Numbered from the stretch's first letter, positions 31,537 to 41,005 are shown. The stretch is DNA of 64,000 nucleotides from an uncultured Latescibacterota bacterium (GCA_951812755.1 OX638329.1:5355563-5419562); one strand, 5' to 3'. The notes: generated by a model from the letters alone, not told the origin. A program made the numbers and translations.

Positions 31537-31552
31537 GGGCACGGATCTTGCA
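31537..31552 (+). promoter_or_regulatory. Sigma54 (-24/-12) promoter GGGCACGGATCTTGCA
   Basis: GGCAC-N5-TTGCA with exact spacing. Confidence 0.8.
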
Positions 31553-31608
31553 TCATAAAAAGGGCAAACCGTTATGGCACAGGATTTTTCCATTATAAGG
31601 AGGATAAC

Positions 31609-31788
31609 ATGGCAACACGACGCAAATTGACTTTGGTCAACGGTGCAATAGATCAAGAAGGTAGCATTCTTATGTATCAGACTGTAAAGAGTGTAGAGGT
31701 TCACTGCGAGCCTTATACTTTTGCTGTTCCCCTCCTTCCCTTCCCCGATAATGATCCCGATTGGGACGATTTTGATCAGTCTGAGTAA
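31609..31788 (+). CDS. Putative RiPP precursor, 59 aa: MATRRKLTLVNGAIDQEGSILMYQTVKSVEVHCEPYTFAVPLLPFPDNDPDWDDFDQSE
   Basis: Translated by hand (absent from the ORF track); RBS TAAGGAGG; ends 28 nt before the rSAM start. Confidence 0.85.
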   Translation: MATRRKLTLVNGAIDQEGSILMYQTVKSVEVHCEPYTFAVPLLPFPDNDPDWDDFDQSE

Positions 31789-31816
31789 ATCATCTCTATT
31801 TTAAGGAGTACTTGAC

Positions 31817-33253
31817 ATGCTATGCATTCAGAAATGCGAAATGCATCTTTTTCAAACGGAAGAACAAAAACAGCCGATTGTCTATCAGACTGAGACAGGT
31901 CTGTTTTTTACACTGGATACCCTTTTCCAGGCGATTTTAGCGTGTTGCGAGGGGCTGTCCGATTCTCAGGTTGTTCAGAGGTTGACCGATCAATACGAGG
32001 CAGAGGAAGTTGTCGAGGCTATCGAGGAATTGGCTCAGGTGGGTTTGATTTCGGATGGTGCTCTACCTGTGGTATCCAATGTGCCGACAACAGAAGGGGT
32101 GGCAGCCTGCGGCGTATCGCAGACTGATCGTTTGCAGGTGTCGTTGCACGTTTCGCATACGTGCAATATTCAGTGTGCTTATTGCTTTGCCCACGGCGGG
32201 GATTACGGCGGTAAGGCGATGCTGATGCAACCGGACGTTGCCGAGCAAGCGATACGCTGGATCATCTCCGAGGCTCAGGTGTTCGGACGGTGCCAGATCG
32301 ATTTTTTTGGCGGGGAACCGCTTCTGAATTTTCCGCTGATGCAGAAGCTGGTGCCGTTTGCCAAATCCCTGGGAGCGCGATTGGGTGTGCAGGTTGGTTT
32401 TGGCATTGTGACCAATGGCACCTTGTTGACCGACGAGATGAAGCAGTTTTTGGTTAATAAAAAGTTTCAGATTAAGGTCAGCCTGGATGGTGGACGTAAG
32501 ACACAGGACCGCATTCGCAAGTTTCACAATGGTTCTGGTACTTATGATGTTGTGGCAAAGAATGTAAAGAAATTGACTGCTGAGGCACCTGAGCGCGTGT
32601 ATTTGCAGGCTGTTATGACAGCTTATGACCTGAACGAGGATCAGATTGCCGATGAGTTGCGTTCGCTGGGTACTGAAAATGCGCTCATCGGTCCGGCGGT
32701 TGTCTCCCCCGATAAACCTTATGCTGTTCGAGAAGAACACATACCCGCTTTGAAGCAACAAATTCACAAGCGGAGCCGGCACGCGCTCAAAGCTATTCTA
32801 AATGGTGAAGAGGGTGAAGATGAAGAGTTTGATCCGAGGATTCAAAAACTTTTGACGCGCCAAAAATCTTGTCACGGATGCCTCGGCGGTAAGCAGTATT
32901 TGGCAATTGCAGCGGACGGGTCGATTTATTTTTGCTCGAGCTTAGCCGACGCGCCCGAGTTTAAGATGGGTGATGTGTTTGCGGGTATTGATCGCGAAAA
33001 GCAGCAGTATTTTGACGCGCAGTTCAATGTGAATAATCGTCCTGAGTGCAAAACGTGCTGGGCGCGCAATTTGTGTGGTGGCGGATGTCTTTGGGAGGCA
33101 CGGACAACAACGGATGATCCAATGTCTCCGAACCCGGTTTATTGTGAACAGACGCGCTATCGCTATGAACTGGCAATGGAGATGTGTATGGAGATAGCAG
33201 AAACGGATGCGTCTTTGTTGCAGCGACGATATGATCTGGAAGTGGTATCATAA
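31817..33253 (+). CDS. Radical SAM/SPASM peptide maturase with N-terminal RRE-like domain (CteB/QhpD-like)
   Basis: CNIQCAYC, FFGGEPLLN, TNG, SLDG; CHGC..GSIYFC, CKTCWARNLCGGGC..C; RBS AAGGAG. Confidence 0.92.
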   Translation: MLCIQKCEMHLFQTEEQKQPIVYQTETGLFFTLDTLFQAILACCEGLSDSQVVQRLTDQYEAEEVVEAIEELAQVGLISDGALPVVSNVPTTEGVAACGVSQTDRLQVSLHVSHTCNIQCAYCFAHGGDYGGKAMLMQPDVAEQAIRWIISEAQVFGRCQIDFFGGEPLLNFPLMQKLVPFAKSLGARLGVQVGFGIVTNGTLLTDEMKQFLVNKKFQIKVSLDGGRKTQDRIRKFHNGSGTYDVVAKNVKKLTAEAPERVYLQAVMTAYDLNEDQIADELRSLGTENALIGPAVVSPDKPYAVREEHIPALKQQIHKRSRHALKAILNGEEGEDEEFDPRIQKLLTRQKSCHGCLGGKQYLAIAADGSIYFCSSLADAPEFKMGDVFAGIDREKQQYFDAQFNVNNRPECKTCWARNLCGGGCLWEARTTTDDPMSPNPVYCEQTRYRYELAMEMCMEIAETDASLLQRRYDLEVVS

Positions 33254-33287
33254 GCAAATAAGTTCTGATGAAAACCTGGTATCCAAT

Positions 33288-33343
33288 ACGGCATCCAAAT
33301 AGGGATGATAACGCCCTGTTAGATGCCGTTTATTTTGCTTTTT
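33288..33343 (+). terminator. Probable intrinsic terminator of the precursor-rSAM transcript
   Basis: ACGGCATC...GATGCCGT long stem followed by T-rich tract. Confidence 0.6.
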
Positions 33344-33356
33344 GGGTGGAATTCTC

Positions 33357-34349
33357 GTGGAAGAAATATATCAATCAAAAAAATCCGGCCTCGATAAATG
33401 GCCGCTCATTGGACAGCACCCCATACTCTTAGACGTGCAAAAGCGTGCGTACCGCGTGGCGAATAGCGAATTACCCGTCAACATCAGTGGAGAGACTGGC
33501 ACGGGCAAGGAATTGCTCGCCCGTTATATCCACGGCATTAGCCACCGCAACAGAGGACCATTTGTAACCGTTGACTGCGGCCTCCTCTCTTCTGAAATGG
33601 CGCGCAGCGAGTTATTTGGACATGTTCGAGGTGCTTTTACTGGCGCCAGCCAAACGCGCACCGGACTGGTTGAATCTGCCCACGGCGGTACGCTATTCTT
33701 CGATGAAGTAGGCGAATTGCCAGCCAATCTTCAGTTGCAATTGCTACGCCTGGTACAGGAACAGGAATTTCGCCGCATAGGCGAAGTATCCATGCGCCGG
33801 TCCGATGTGCGCCTGATCACTGCGACACACTGCAACTTGAAAAAAATGATGCGAACAGGAACTTTCCGAGAAGACCTCTATTACCGCTTAACTGTCGTAC
33901 CCCTGTATTTGCCACCCTTGCGGAAGCGACTGAGCGATTTGCCACTTTTGATCACGCATTTTTGCAAAAGTATGAAAGGATACACGCGCGCGTTTTCCCC
34001 CGAAGTAATTCAAAGGATGTCGCATTATGCCTGGCCTGGCAATGTTCGGGAACTACAAAACGAAGTCGCCCGATTGATGGTCATGAGCGAAGGGAAAATT
34101 ATCCGAGTATCCGACCTGCACCCTCGCATTCGGGGATCCAAACCCGAGGTTGATGTATTTGACCTCCCATTTAAGGAAGCCAGGCAACTGGCAAACAGCC
34201 GATTTATGCGGGAGTATCTCGACAGAGCTTTGCAGCGAACACAGGGCAATGTAACCCAGGCAGCGCAACAATGCGGGATTGGCCGACAGTACTTCCAGTT
34301 GCGTATGTCCGAGTACGGTCTGAAGTCGGCATTTTACAAGAAAAAATAA
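33357..34349 (+). CDS. Sigma54-dependent activator lacking a sensory domain (AAA+ and HTH only)
   Basis: GETGTGKE, GAFTGA, FREDLYYRL, WPGNVRELQN, C-terminal HTH; start uncertain (33342 TTG or 33357 GTG). Confidence 0.9.
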   Translation: MEEIYQSKKSGLDKWPLIGQHPILLDVQKRAYRVANSELPVNISGETGTGKELLARYIHGISHRNRGPFVTVDCGLLSSEMARSELFGHVRGAFTGASQTRTGLVESAHGGTLFFDEVGELPANLQLQLLRLVQEQEFRRIGEVSMRRSDVRLITATHCNLKKMMRTGTFREDLYYRLTVVPLYLPPLRKRLSDLPLLITHFCKSMKGYTRAFSPEVIQRMSHYAWPGNVRELQNEVARLMVMSEGKIIRVSDLHPRIRGSKPEVDVFDLPFKEARQLANSRFMREYLDRALQRTQGNVTQAAQQCGIGRQYFQLRMSEYGLKSAFYKKK

Positions 34350-34366
34350 TGCCTCGCGGTGTACTA

Positions 34367-34400
34367 AAAAACGTCAATGGAAAAACTCATTGACGTTTTT
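34367..34400. terminator. Hairpin AAAAACGTCAATG/CATTGACGTTTTT
   Basis: Perfect 13-bp inverted repeat after the activator gene. Confidence 0.55.
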
Positions 34401-34427
34401 ACTTGCAGGACGTTTCTTGAGCTTATC

Positions 34428-37400
34428 ATGCAATACATCGCCGACATACACCTGCACTCGCGTTTTGCCCGCGCAACCAGCAAAACCTTGAACCCCGAAA
34501 ACCTGTATCGGTGGAGCCTCATCAAAGGTCTAACCGTGGTAGGCACCGGAGATTTCACCCATCCCGTATGGTATGAAGAACTGCGCGACCAGCTCGAACC
34601 AGCCGAAGAAGGACTATACCAATTGCGACCAGACCTCAGGCGAGGTATCGACGCCGAATTGCCACCAGCCTGCCGCGGACAAATGCGATTTGTACTCTCC
34701 GTCGAAATCAGCCTCATCTACAAAAAAAACGACAAAACCAGAAAAATACATCACGTCGTCACAATGCCAAATTTTGACGCCGTAGCGCGTTTGAACGCGC
34801 GACTCGGTGCAATAGGCAATCTGAAATCGGACGGACGCCCCATCCTCGGCCTGGACAGCCGGGACCTGGTAGAAATTTGTCTGGAAGCGTGTGACGAGGT
34901 ACTCTTTATACCCGCGCACATCTGGACCCCTCATTTTGCGGTCCTGGGTGCAAGTTCCGGGTTCGACACCCTCGAAGAATGTTTTGAAGACATGCTGCCC
35001 CACATCTTCGCCGTAGAAACCGGCCTGTCTTCCGACCCACCGATGAACTGGCGCCTATCCATGCTGGACAACTACGCAATCGTCTCCAATTCAGACGCAC
35101 ATTCCCCGCAAAAGCTCGCCCGCGAAGCCACCTGCTTCAATACCGAATTATCCTTCCGCGGAATGTATAACGCATTAAAAGACCGCGACCCAACGCGCTT
35201 TACGGGCACTCTGGAATTTTATCCCGAAGAAGGCAAATATCACTTCGACGGACACAGAAAATGCGATATATGCTGGAAACCCGCACAAACCCTCGACGCA
35301 GACGAAATCTGCCCGGTATGTAACCGCAAATTGACCGTTGGCGTACTCCACCGCGTTGAAAAACTCGCTGACCGCGCAGAAGGCGACCGCCCCGATGTCG
35401 CGATGCCCTTTGAAAATCTGATCCCACTGCCAGAAATCATCGGCTCAGTCCTCCAGGTGGGACCCACCAGCAAACGCGTACAAACCGTGTACGAACAAAT
35501 GCTCGCAACACACGGAGCAGAACTAAAAATCTTGCGCCAACTGCCCATCGCAGAAATAGCCAAAACCGGAGACCCCCTCATCGCCGAAGGCATTCGACGC
35601 ATGCGCGAAGGCACAGTTCACATCGATCCGGGATACGATGGCGTGTACGGAAAAATTCAAGTCTTCTCCGACGAAGACCGCGCACTCCTGAGCGGACAGG
35701 AATCGCTATTTCACATACCAGCCGCAGAGCCTTTCAGGGACAAAGCTGAGACCGCGCGTCCAAATAAAAGTACAAAAGCCGCGGCGGACGCCCCTTTCAC
35801 ACTTCACACTTCTCACTTCTCACTTCTCACTTCACACCAGCAAGCAGCCGTAACAATGGAAAAAGGTCCCGTAATCGTAACAGCGGGACCCGGCACCGGA
35901 AAAACCCGAGTACTCACCCATCGCGTAATCGACCTGATCCAGAACCGCGGCGTATCACCCGCTTCTGTAATGGCCGTAACATTCACCAACCGCGCCGCAA
36001 CTGAAATGTGGGAACGCATCGTATCACTATCCTCCGGAGGCGAAGAACTGGTCCCCATGCGCGTAGGCACATTCCACCGCCTATCATTAGACCTCTTGCG
36101 AGAATATGCCCCCGAACGCCTGGGCGCAATTGCCGACCGAGGAGAAGCCCGCGCCGTCTTACAGGAAGTAATCGCCGACATCGACACCGAAATATCGGTT
36201 GATGACGCGCTCTCCCAGATCTCACTATGCAAAGCCCATGGACATGAAATATCCGACATCACCGACACCGAACTTCAAACCATTTACACAAATTATCAAC
36301 AACGCCTCACCGCTTATGGCCTGATGGACTTTGACGACATCTTGCTCATACTCCACGATGTACTCTGCGGCGATATTCTACAGACAGTGCAAGCGCGTTT
36401 CTCCCATGTACTCGTCGATGAATTTCAAGATGTCAACGCCATACAATACGCACTGATTCAAAAATTGGCCGGGGATGGATCGGGCCTCTTCGTCATAGGC
36501 GATCCCGATCAAGCCATCTACGGTTTTCGAGGCGCGAGCGCGGAATATTTTGAACAGTTAAAAACGAACTTTCCCAAAACAAACGAAGTCATCTTACAGC
36601 ACACATTTCGCTCCACCCCTCAGATTATCTCCGCAGCATCCAGTCTGCTTCGCGGACGATCGTACGATCCCGTGCGAGAAAACGGCCCGAACCTGAGAGC
36701 CTTATCCACACCCGGCGAAACTGGCGAAGGCATCGCCATAGTAGAAGAAATCTCTCGGATGGTCGGCGGCGCAGACCTATTGCAAGCCAACGAAGAAGGC
36801 AAACGCAGCCTGGACGACTTCGCCATCTTGTTCCGCACCGGACGCCAGGCAGACGCCCTGGAAACGTGCTTCTTACAGGCCGGGATCCCCTATCGCGTCG
36901 TCGGCCAGAAAAATTATCTGGATGCGGCTTCGGTACAGCACGCCCTATCGTTTTTTAAGTGTGTCCTGAGAGATGACATTTCCAGCGTCCCAATCACCAG
37001 AGACATGATCGACCTCCTCTCCATCCCCGCATTTGACCCCGGCCGGGAAGCGCGCGCATCAATACGCCAACAAATTCAAGACAACGCACTATCAGACACT
37101 GTACAGGAAAAATTGGACGCCGCGATGGAAGCTGTGAATCGCTTCCGCAATGAAACATCCCACTTATCACCCGCTGAACTCATCGCGAAGTGGGCAGACG
37201 AATTTGCGACATCAAACGATATCGACCTCGAGCGATTGGGCCTATTGGCTCAGAGCGTGGATTCCATCGCAGAGCTATTGGAAATCATCACCCTCGGACA
37301 GGATGGCGACTTTGTGCGTCGTGGAAAAATTGCGCGTCCCGAAGCCGTCACGCTCATGACCTTGCATGCGTCTAAGGGCCTGGAATTCCCCGTGGTATTT

Positions 37401-37655
37401 ATCTGTGGGGTTGAGGAAGGATTGATACCGCATGCCGAAGCGGATATCGAAGAAGAGAAACGCCTGTTTTTTGTCGGTATAACCCGCGGACAAGACGAAG
37501 TGATCTTAACCCGCGCCCGAAGCCGCAGGCGATTTGGCGAACGCATTGCGCCCGAGATATCGCGCTTTGTCACCGACATACCCGAAGACATCATCGACTT
37601 TGTCGATCTGCGAACCCAAAGACGCAAACCCGCCGAACAATTATCCCTGTTTTAA
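34428..37655 (+). CDS. Endonuclease Q/PHP-like domain fused to UvrD/REP helicase
   Basis: ADIHLHSRF, GTGDFTHP, PAHIWTP, NSDAHS, GKYH; AGPGTGKT, VDEFQD, GDPDQAIYGFRG, TLHASKGLEF. Confidence 0.92.
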   Translation: MQYIADIHLHSRFARATSKTLNPENLYRWSLIKGLTVVGTGDFTHPVWYEELRDQLEPAEEGLYQLRPDLRRGIDAELPPACRGQMRFVLSVEISLIYKKNDKTRKIHHVVTMPNFDAVARLNARLGAIGNLKSDGRPILGLDSRDLVEICLEACDEVLFIPAHIWTPHFAVLGASSGFDTLEECFEDMLPHIFAVETGLSSDPPMNWRLSMLDNYAIVSNSDAHSPQKLAREATCFNTELSFRGMYNALKDRDPTRFTGTLEFYPEEGKYHFDGHRKCDICWKPAQTLDADEICPVCNRKLTVGVLHRVEKLADRAEGDRPDVAMPFENLIPLPEIIGSVLQVGPTSKRVQTVYEQMLATHGAELKILRQLPIAEIAKTGDPLIAEGIRRMREGTVHIDPGYDGVYGKIQVFSDEDRALLSGQESLFHIPAAEPFRDKAETARPNKSTKAAADAPFTLHTSHFSLLTSHQQAAVTMEKGPVIVTAGPGTGKTRVLTHRVIDLIQNRGVSPASVMAVTFTNRAATEMWERIVSLSSGGEELVPMRVGTFHRLSLDLLREYAPERLGAIADRGEARAVLQEVIADIDTEISVDDALSQISLCKAHGHEISDITDTELQTIYTNYQQRLTAYGLMDFDDILLILHDVLCGDILQTVQARFSHVLVDEFQDVNAIQYALIQKLAGDGSGLFVIGDPDQAIYGFRGASAEYFEQLKTNFPKTNEVILQHTFRSTPQIISAASSLLRGRSYDPVRENGPNLRALSTPGETGEGIAIVEEISRMVGGADLLQANEEGKRSLDDFAILFRTGRQADALETCFLQAGIPYRVVGQKNYLDAASVQHALSFFKCVLRDDISSVPITRDMIDLLSIPAFDPGREARASIRQQIQDNALSDTVQEKLDAAMEAVNRFRNETSHLSPAELIAKWADEFATSNDIDLERLGLLAQSVDSIAELLEIITLGQDGDFVRRGKIARPEAVTLMTLHASKGLEFPVVFICGVEEGLIPHAEADIEEEKRLFFVGITRGQDEVILTRARSRRRFGERIAPEISRFVTDIPEDIIDFVDLRTQRRKPAEQLSLF
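35796..35837 (+). repeat. Intragenic heptamer array (TTCWCAC)x6
   Basis: 42 nt, in frame, in the interdomain linker. Confidence 0.9.
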
Positions 37656-38954
37656 AATACCGAGCATCTCGTGTACAGCGTTGTGAATGCGGTCTTCTGT
37701 ATCTTCAACAAAGGGACCCGTGCGCTTCCAGTGTTGCTGGTTGAGCCAGACCTCGTAGCCCCCTTCTGAAATCTGCCGTTTGACGGGAATATAACCGATA
37801 ATATCATTCGTATAAGCCGCCACTAGAAGATTGTCAAAATAAGGCGCCAGTTCTCTTTTCAAACGCAACCCGTGCTCTACATTCATTTCCGCGGCAAGCC
37901 CGACTATTGCCAGCGCATCGCCAAAACGCACCGTCTGGATCTCAAATGGGAAGCTGGTCACAACGGGAATATTGTTTTCAACGCTATCGAACAAGTGTCG
38001 CGCCCATGCCCGTACATACTCCGGACCATCGTCCAGGCTGGAAGTGACCAGATCCATATCAATGGGTTCGGTCTCTATATTCAGCACCGTCTGATCAACA
38101 GAAATCGGACCGCTTATGGGCTGTAGTTGCGAAGCGAGTACCCGGGTAACGGACTCCCCCAATTCGACGCCAATATCCCGGATCTCATCAACCTCCCGCT
38201 GAACAAAAACATTTGACGTCGGATCGACGGGCTTCGTCTTCTGATCTCCGGCACAGCCCTGCAAAAAACAAGTCGCGACATCGGGATACACCGCTTCGAT
38301 ATGGTCGCACGCAAAACACACGTAGTCTCCCCCAATAAGGGTCCCGCTGCGGCTGGTGGGGTGACAGGCATAAGAAAAAATAACACATCGCAACTCGCCT
38401 TCGGGAGATTCGACCGCAATAACCGGAACATCGTGGTCGTGAGGCGCTTCCAAAGAGGGTACCCACGCCACACCGCCCTTTCCATCTGGCTTACGACGGG
38501 ACCTCGCAATACCGCAACTCCCCGTACCAAAACCAAGGCGTGCGGGAGACCGATCTTCCCAGGCTATTTTTGCACAGCGCGCGACATTTTCAAAAAGATC
38601 TTCGAGATAATCATCGTCCAGTTCCCCGTGCCGCTCCCTGTCCATCTCCCGGATACAGGGACCGCAGTGCGTATGCGAACCATTGAGAATAATATGTGCC
38701 GGATCAATACCCGTAGCCGCGTTAATTCTGCTTCTCACCTCTTCGGTGCGTTCGTAAAAACCCAGAATCTCGGCACCGACAATAATCAGCGGTGTCTGAC
38801 CGTCGTCTATCGCAACCGCCGTAGCCTTCAAAGGATGATAAACTTCGGTAGAAGGCTCTTGCCGCGCCGCGAATCCAGCGAGATAAATCCCCACGGGCGG
38901 GGTAATATCGACAGTGCTAACGCCGACTTGATAGGTATTATTGGACGATGACAT
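37641..38954 (-). CDS. Neutral/alkaline ceramidase-like protein
   Basis: VDITPP, SHTHCGP, YACHPT, GCAGD, GYIP, GGYE. Confidence 0.8.
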   Translation of the reverse strand: MSSSNNTYQVGVSTVDITPPVGIYLAGFAARQEPSTEVYHPLKATAVAIDDGQTPLIIVGAEILGFYERTEEVRSRINAATGIDPAHIILNGSHTHCGPCIREMDRERHGELDDDYLEDLFENVARCAKIAWEDRSPARLGFGTGSCGIARSRRKPDGKGGVAWVPSLEAPHDHDVPVIAVESPEGELRCVIFSYACHPTSRSGTLIGGDYVCFACDHIEAVYPDVATCFLQGCAGDQKTKPVDPTSNVFVQREVDEIRDIGVELGESVTRVLASQLQPISGPISVDQTVLNIETEPIDMDLVTSSLDDGPEYVRAWARHLFDSVENNIPVVTSFPFEIQTVRFGDALAIVGLAAEMNVEHGLRLKRELAPYFDNLLVAAYTNDIIGYIPVKRQISEGGYEVWLNQQHWKRTGPFVEDTEDRIHNAVHEMLGILKQG

Positions 38955-38966
38955 GTCATGTATTCC

Positions 38967-40100
38967 TTATAAAAATCGCGTAATTTGATACGCATCAATA
39001 TCTATCTCAAGCTCTCTCCCCAGAACCAGATCCGCGATGAGCTTGCCGCTATAGGGACCGAGTTGTAAGCCCGTGGGACCGTGTCCGGTTGCAAGATAAA
39101 TATTTTGAATATTGGGAACAAACCCCAGCACTGGCAAATGATCCTCTGTGTAAGGACGCAACCCAACCCGAACCTCGCGCACCTCTGCCTGTGCCAGACC
39201 CGGCGCAACCCGCAGAGCCTCTGCGAGAACCTCAAGCACCCCCGCGGCAGTCGTGCGAGCCTCAAAACCGGATCCCGTCTCCCGCGTCGCCCCCACAACC
39301 ACGCGACCATCCGGCCAGGGAACCATGTAATGACCCCTCACAGCACTGATAATGGGCCAGGACGACGTATCCGTATCGCCCAGACCCAGATGGATAATCT
39401 GACCGCGCTGGGGTTCAACCGGGATATGAACACCAAGCTGATCCCCAAATGCCTGCGACCATGCCCCACCCGCGATCACAACTTTACCGGCGGAGATCGT
39501 TTCTCCGCCTGTTATAACACCCGTAACCGAATCACCCTGGATCAATAACTGTTCAACGCCAGCGTGTTTAACCGCAAGTCCTCGACCTTCCGCGGCTCGA
39601 TGCAGGGCAGCCGCCAGAAGCCGACCATCCACGCGGGCGGCATCGCGGTAATAAATCGCACCGCGCACATCCCCCAGAGCAGGAAAGCACCTGCGTGCCT
39701 CATCCGATGAAATCTCGTACAAATCTTCCTCAGCGGGTTCACCGCGTTGATCCCGGCGATTAAAAATGTGCTGCCGCGCAATAGCAAAGGACTCTATCTC
39801 ATCGTACGAAACAGCGACCAGCATCATACCACAAGTTGCAAAACCCGTATCCCCATCCTGTTCCGCCTGCAAATTATCCACCAACTGTGGATAATATTCA
39901 AAAGCAAACGCAGCAAGACGCAACCAGGGATCCGGATCGCGAGTATTAGTAGCAGGCGAAAGAATCCCCGCCCCTGCATCCGTAGCACGGCCCGCATCTC
40001 TCCGATCAACGAGCAGGGTCTTTACACCGTCACACACCAGATGATACGCGGCAGAAATCCCGACAACACCGCCGCCGATAACAATAGCGTCATAACTCAT
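38967..40100 (-). CDS. FAD-dependent D-amino acid/glycine oxidase family
   Basis: IGGGVVG, ATDAGAG, GLRP, ATGHG; start MSYDA. Confidence 0.9.
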   Translation of the reverse strand: MSYDAIVIGGGVVGISAAYHLVCDGVKTLLVDRRDAGRATDAGAGILSPATNTRDPDPWLRLAAFAFEYYPQLVDNLQAEQDGDTGFATCGMMLVAVSYDEIESFAIARQHIFNRRDQRGEPAEEDLYEISSDEARRCFPALGDVRGAIYYRDAARVDGRLLAAALHRAAEGRGLAVKHAGVEQLLIQGDSVTGVITGGETISAGKVVIAGGAWSQAFGDQLGVHIPVEPQRGQIIHLGLGDTDTSSWPIISAVRGHYMVPWPDGRVVVGATRETGSGFEARTTAAGVLEVLAEALRVAPGLAQAEVREVRVGLRPYTEDHLPVLGFVPNIQNIYLATGHGPTGLQLGPYSGKLIADLVLGRELEIDIDAYQITRFL

Positions 40101-40119
40101 TTTTTCATCTCTTTCAGTA

Positions 40120-40962
40120 TCATCCCGACAGACCCCATATCTCAGCCGCGGTCCCACCCAGAATGCGTTCTATATCCCCATCCGTCAGAAAGGGCAACCC
40201 CTCGCGAATGAGACGGAGTTCATCGGCAAGCGTGGGCCACTTGTGCTTGACCCGGTGATGCCCGGGATAACCAGTCCCCCAGACCGTACGCTGTGCAGTA
40301 AAAACCGCCAGCGCCGCCTCAATATACGGATGCACATCTTCGTACGGATGAACTTTTTGCGAACGTCCAGCCACATCCGAGAGTTTAAAAAACACATTGT
40401 CAAAACGCGCCAGATCCAGAATGGGCTGATAATCAGCAAGCGGGCGATCTATTTCTGGATATCCCATGTGATCCAGGATAAGAACAGTATTCGGATACCG
40501 CCGCGCAATCGCAGCGATTTGATCGGCATCTCCTGGCCGCAAATGAAACTGGATAATCGCATCGAGAGCCGCGATCTCTTCCCACATCGGACCGTTTTGT
40601 TCCACAAGCAGAATCTTTTCATCGGGATAATACATCGGATGCAAACGGAACCCAACCAGACCGCGCTCTCGAACCCAGTAACGCACCTGCTCGGCATTGT
40701 CGGGATCCTGGGGATCAATAAGACCGTGCCCGATAAATCGATCCGGGTATCGAACAACCGAGTCCGCGATATAACCGTTATCCCATGTGGACCAGCTCGT
40801 TTGCACGAGTACAGTCCAATCCACCCCTTCGGCATCCATATCAGCCAAGAGTTCCTCGGCAGTACCCGGTTCATCCGGATAGCTATTCCACGTCGGCGCA
40901 GTGGGACCAATCGGATACTTATCCGAAATTTCCCAAATGTGAACGTGCGTATCGACAATCAT
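40120..40962 (-). CDS. Amidohydrolase_2 family protein
   Basis: DTHVH, DHMGYP, KLS, WGTGYP. Confidence 0.88.
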   Translation of the reverse strand: MIVDTHVHIWEISDKYPIGPTAPTWNSYPDEPGTAEELLADMDAEGVDWTVLVQTSWSTWDNGYIADSVVRYPDRFIGHGLIDPQDPDNAEQVRYWVRERGLVGFRLHPMYYPDEKILLVEQNGPMWEEIAALDAIIQFHLRPGDADQIAAIARRYPNTVLILDHMGYPEIDRPLADYQPILDLARFDNVFFKLSDVAGRSQKVHPYEDVHPYIEAALAVFTAQRTVWGTGYPGHHRVKHKWPTLADELRLIREGLPFLTDGDIERILGGTAAEIWGLSG

Positions 40963-40982
40963 AAAGAAGTCCTATAAGAAGC

Positions 40983-41005
40983 AAAAGCCCGATAGAATCG
41001 GGCTT
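40983..41005 (-). terminator. Terminator downstream of Rpn (duplicated at about 42339-42372)
   Basis: AAGCCCGAT/ATCGGGCTT stem with T tract on the minus strand. Confidence 0.65.

Noticed and set aside
31575-31590. Second sigma54-like site TGGCACAGGATTTTTC
   Set aside because: Lacks the -12 GC and lies too close to the RBS
31429-31704. 91-aa minus-strand ORF over the promoter and precursor
   Set aside because: No motif; overlaps the regulatory sites and the better-supported plus-strand peptide
31817-33253. Radical SAM as an anaerobic sulfatase maturase for the two sulfatases
   Set aside because: It has an N-terminal RRE-like extension and a dedicated upstream peptide, and the sulfatases are about 28 kb away; not formally excluded without an HMM search
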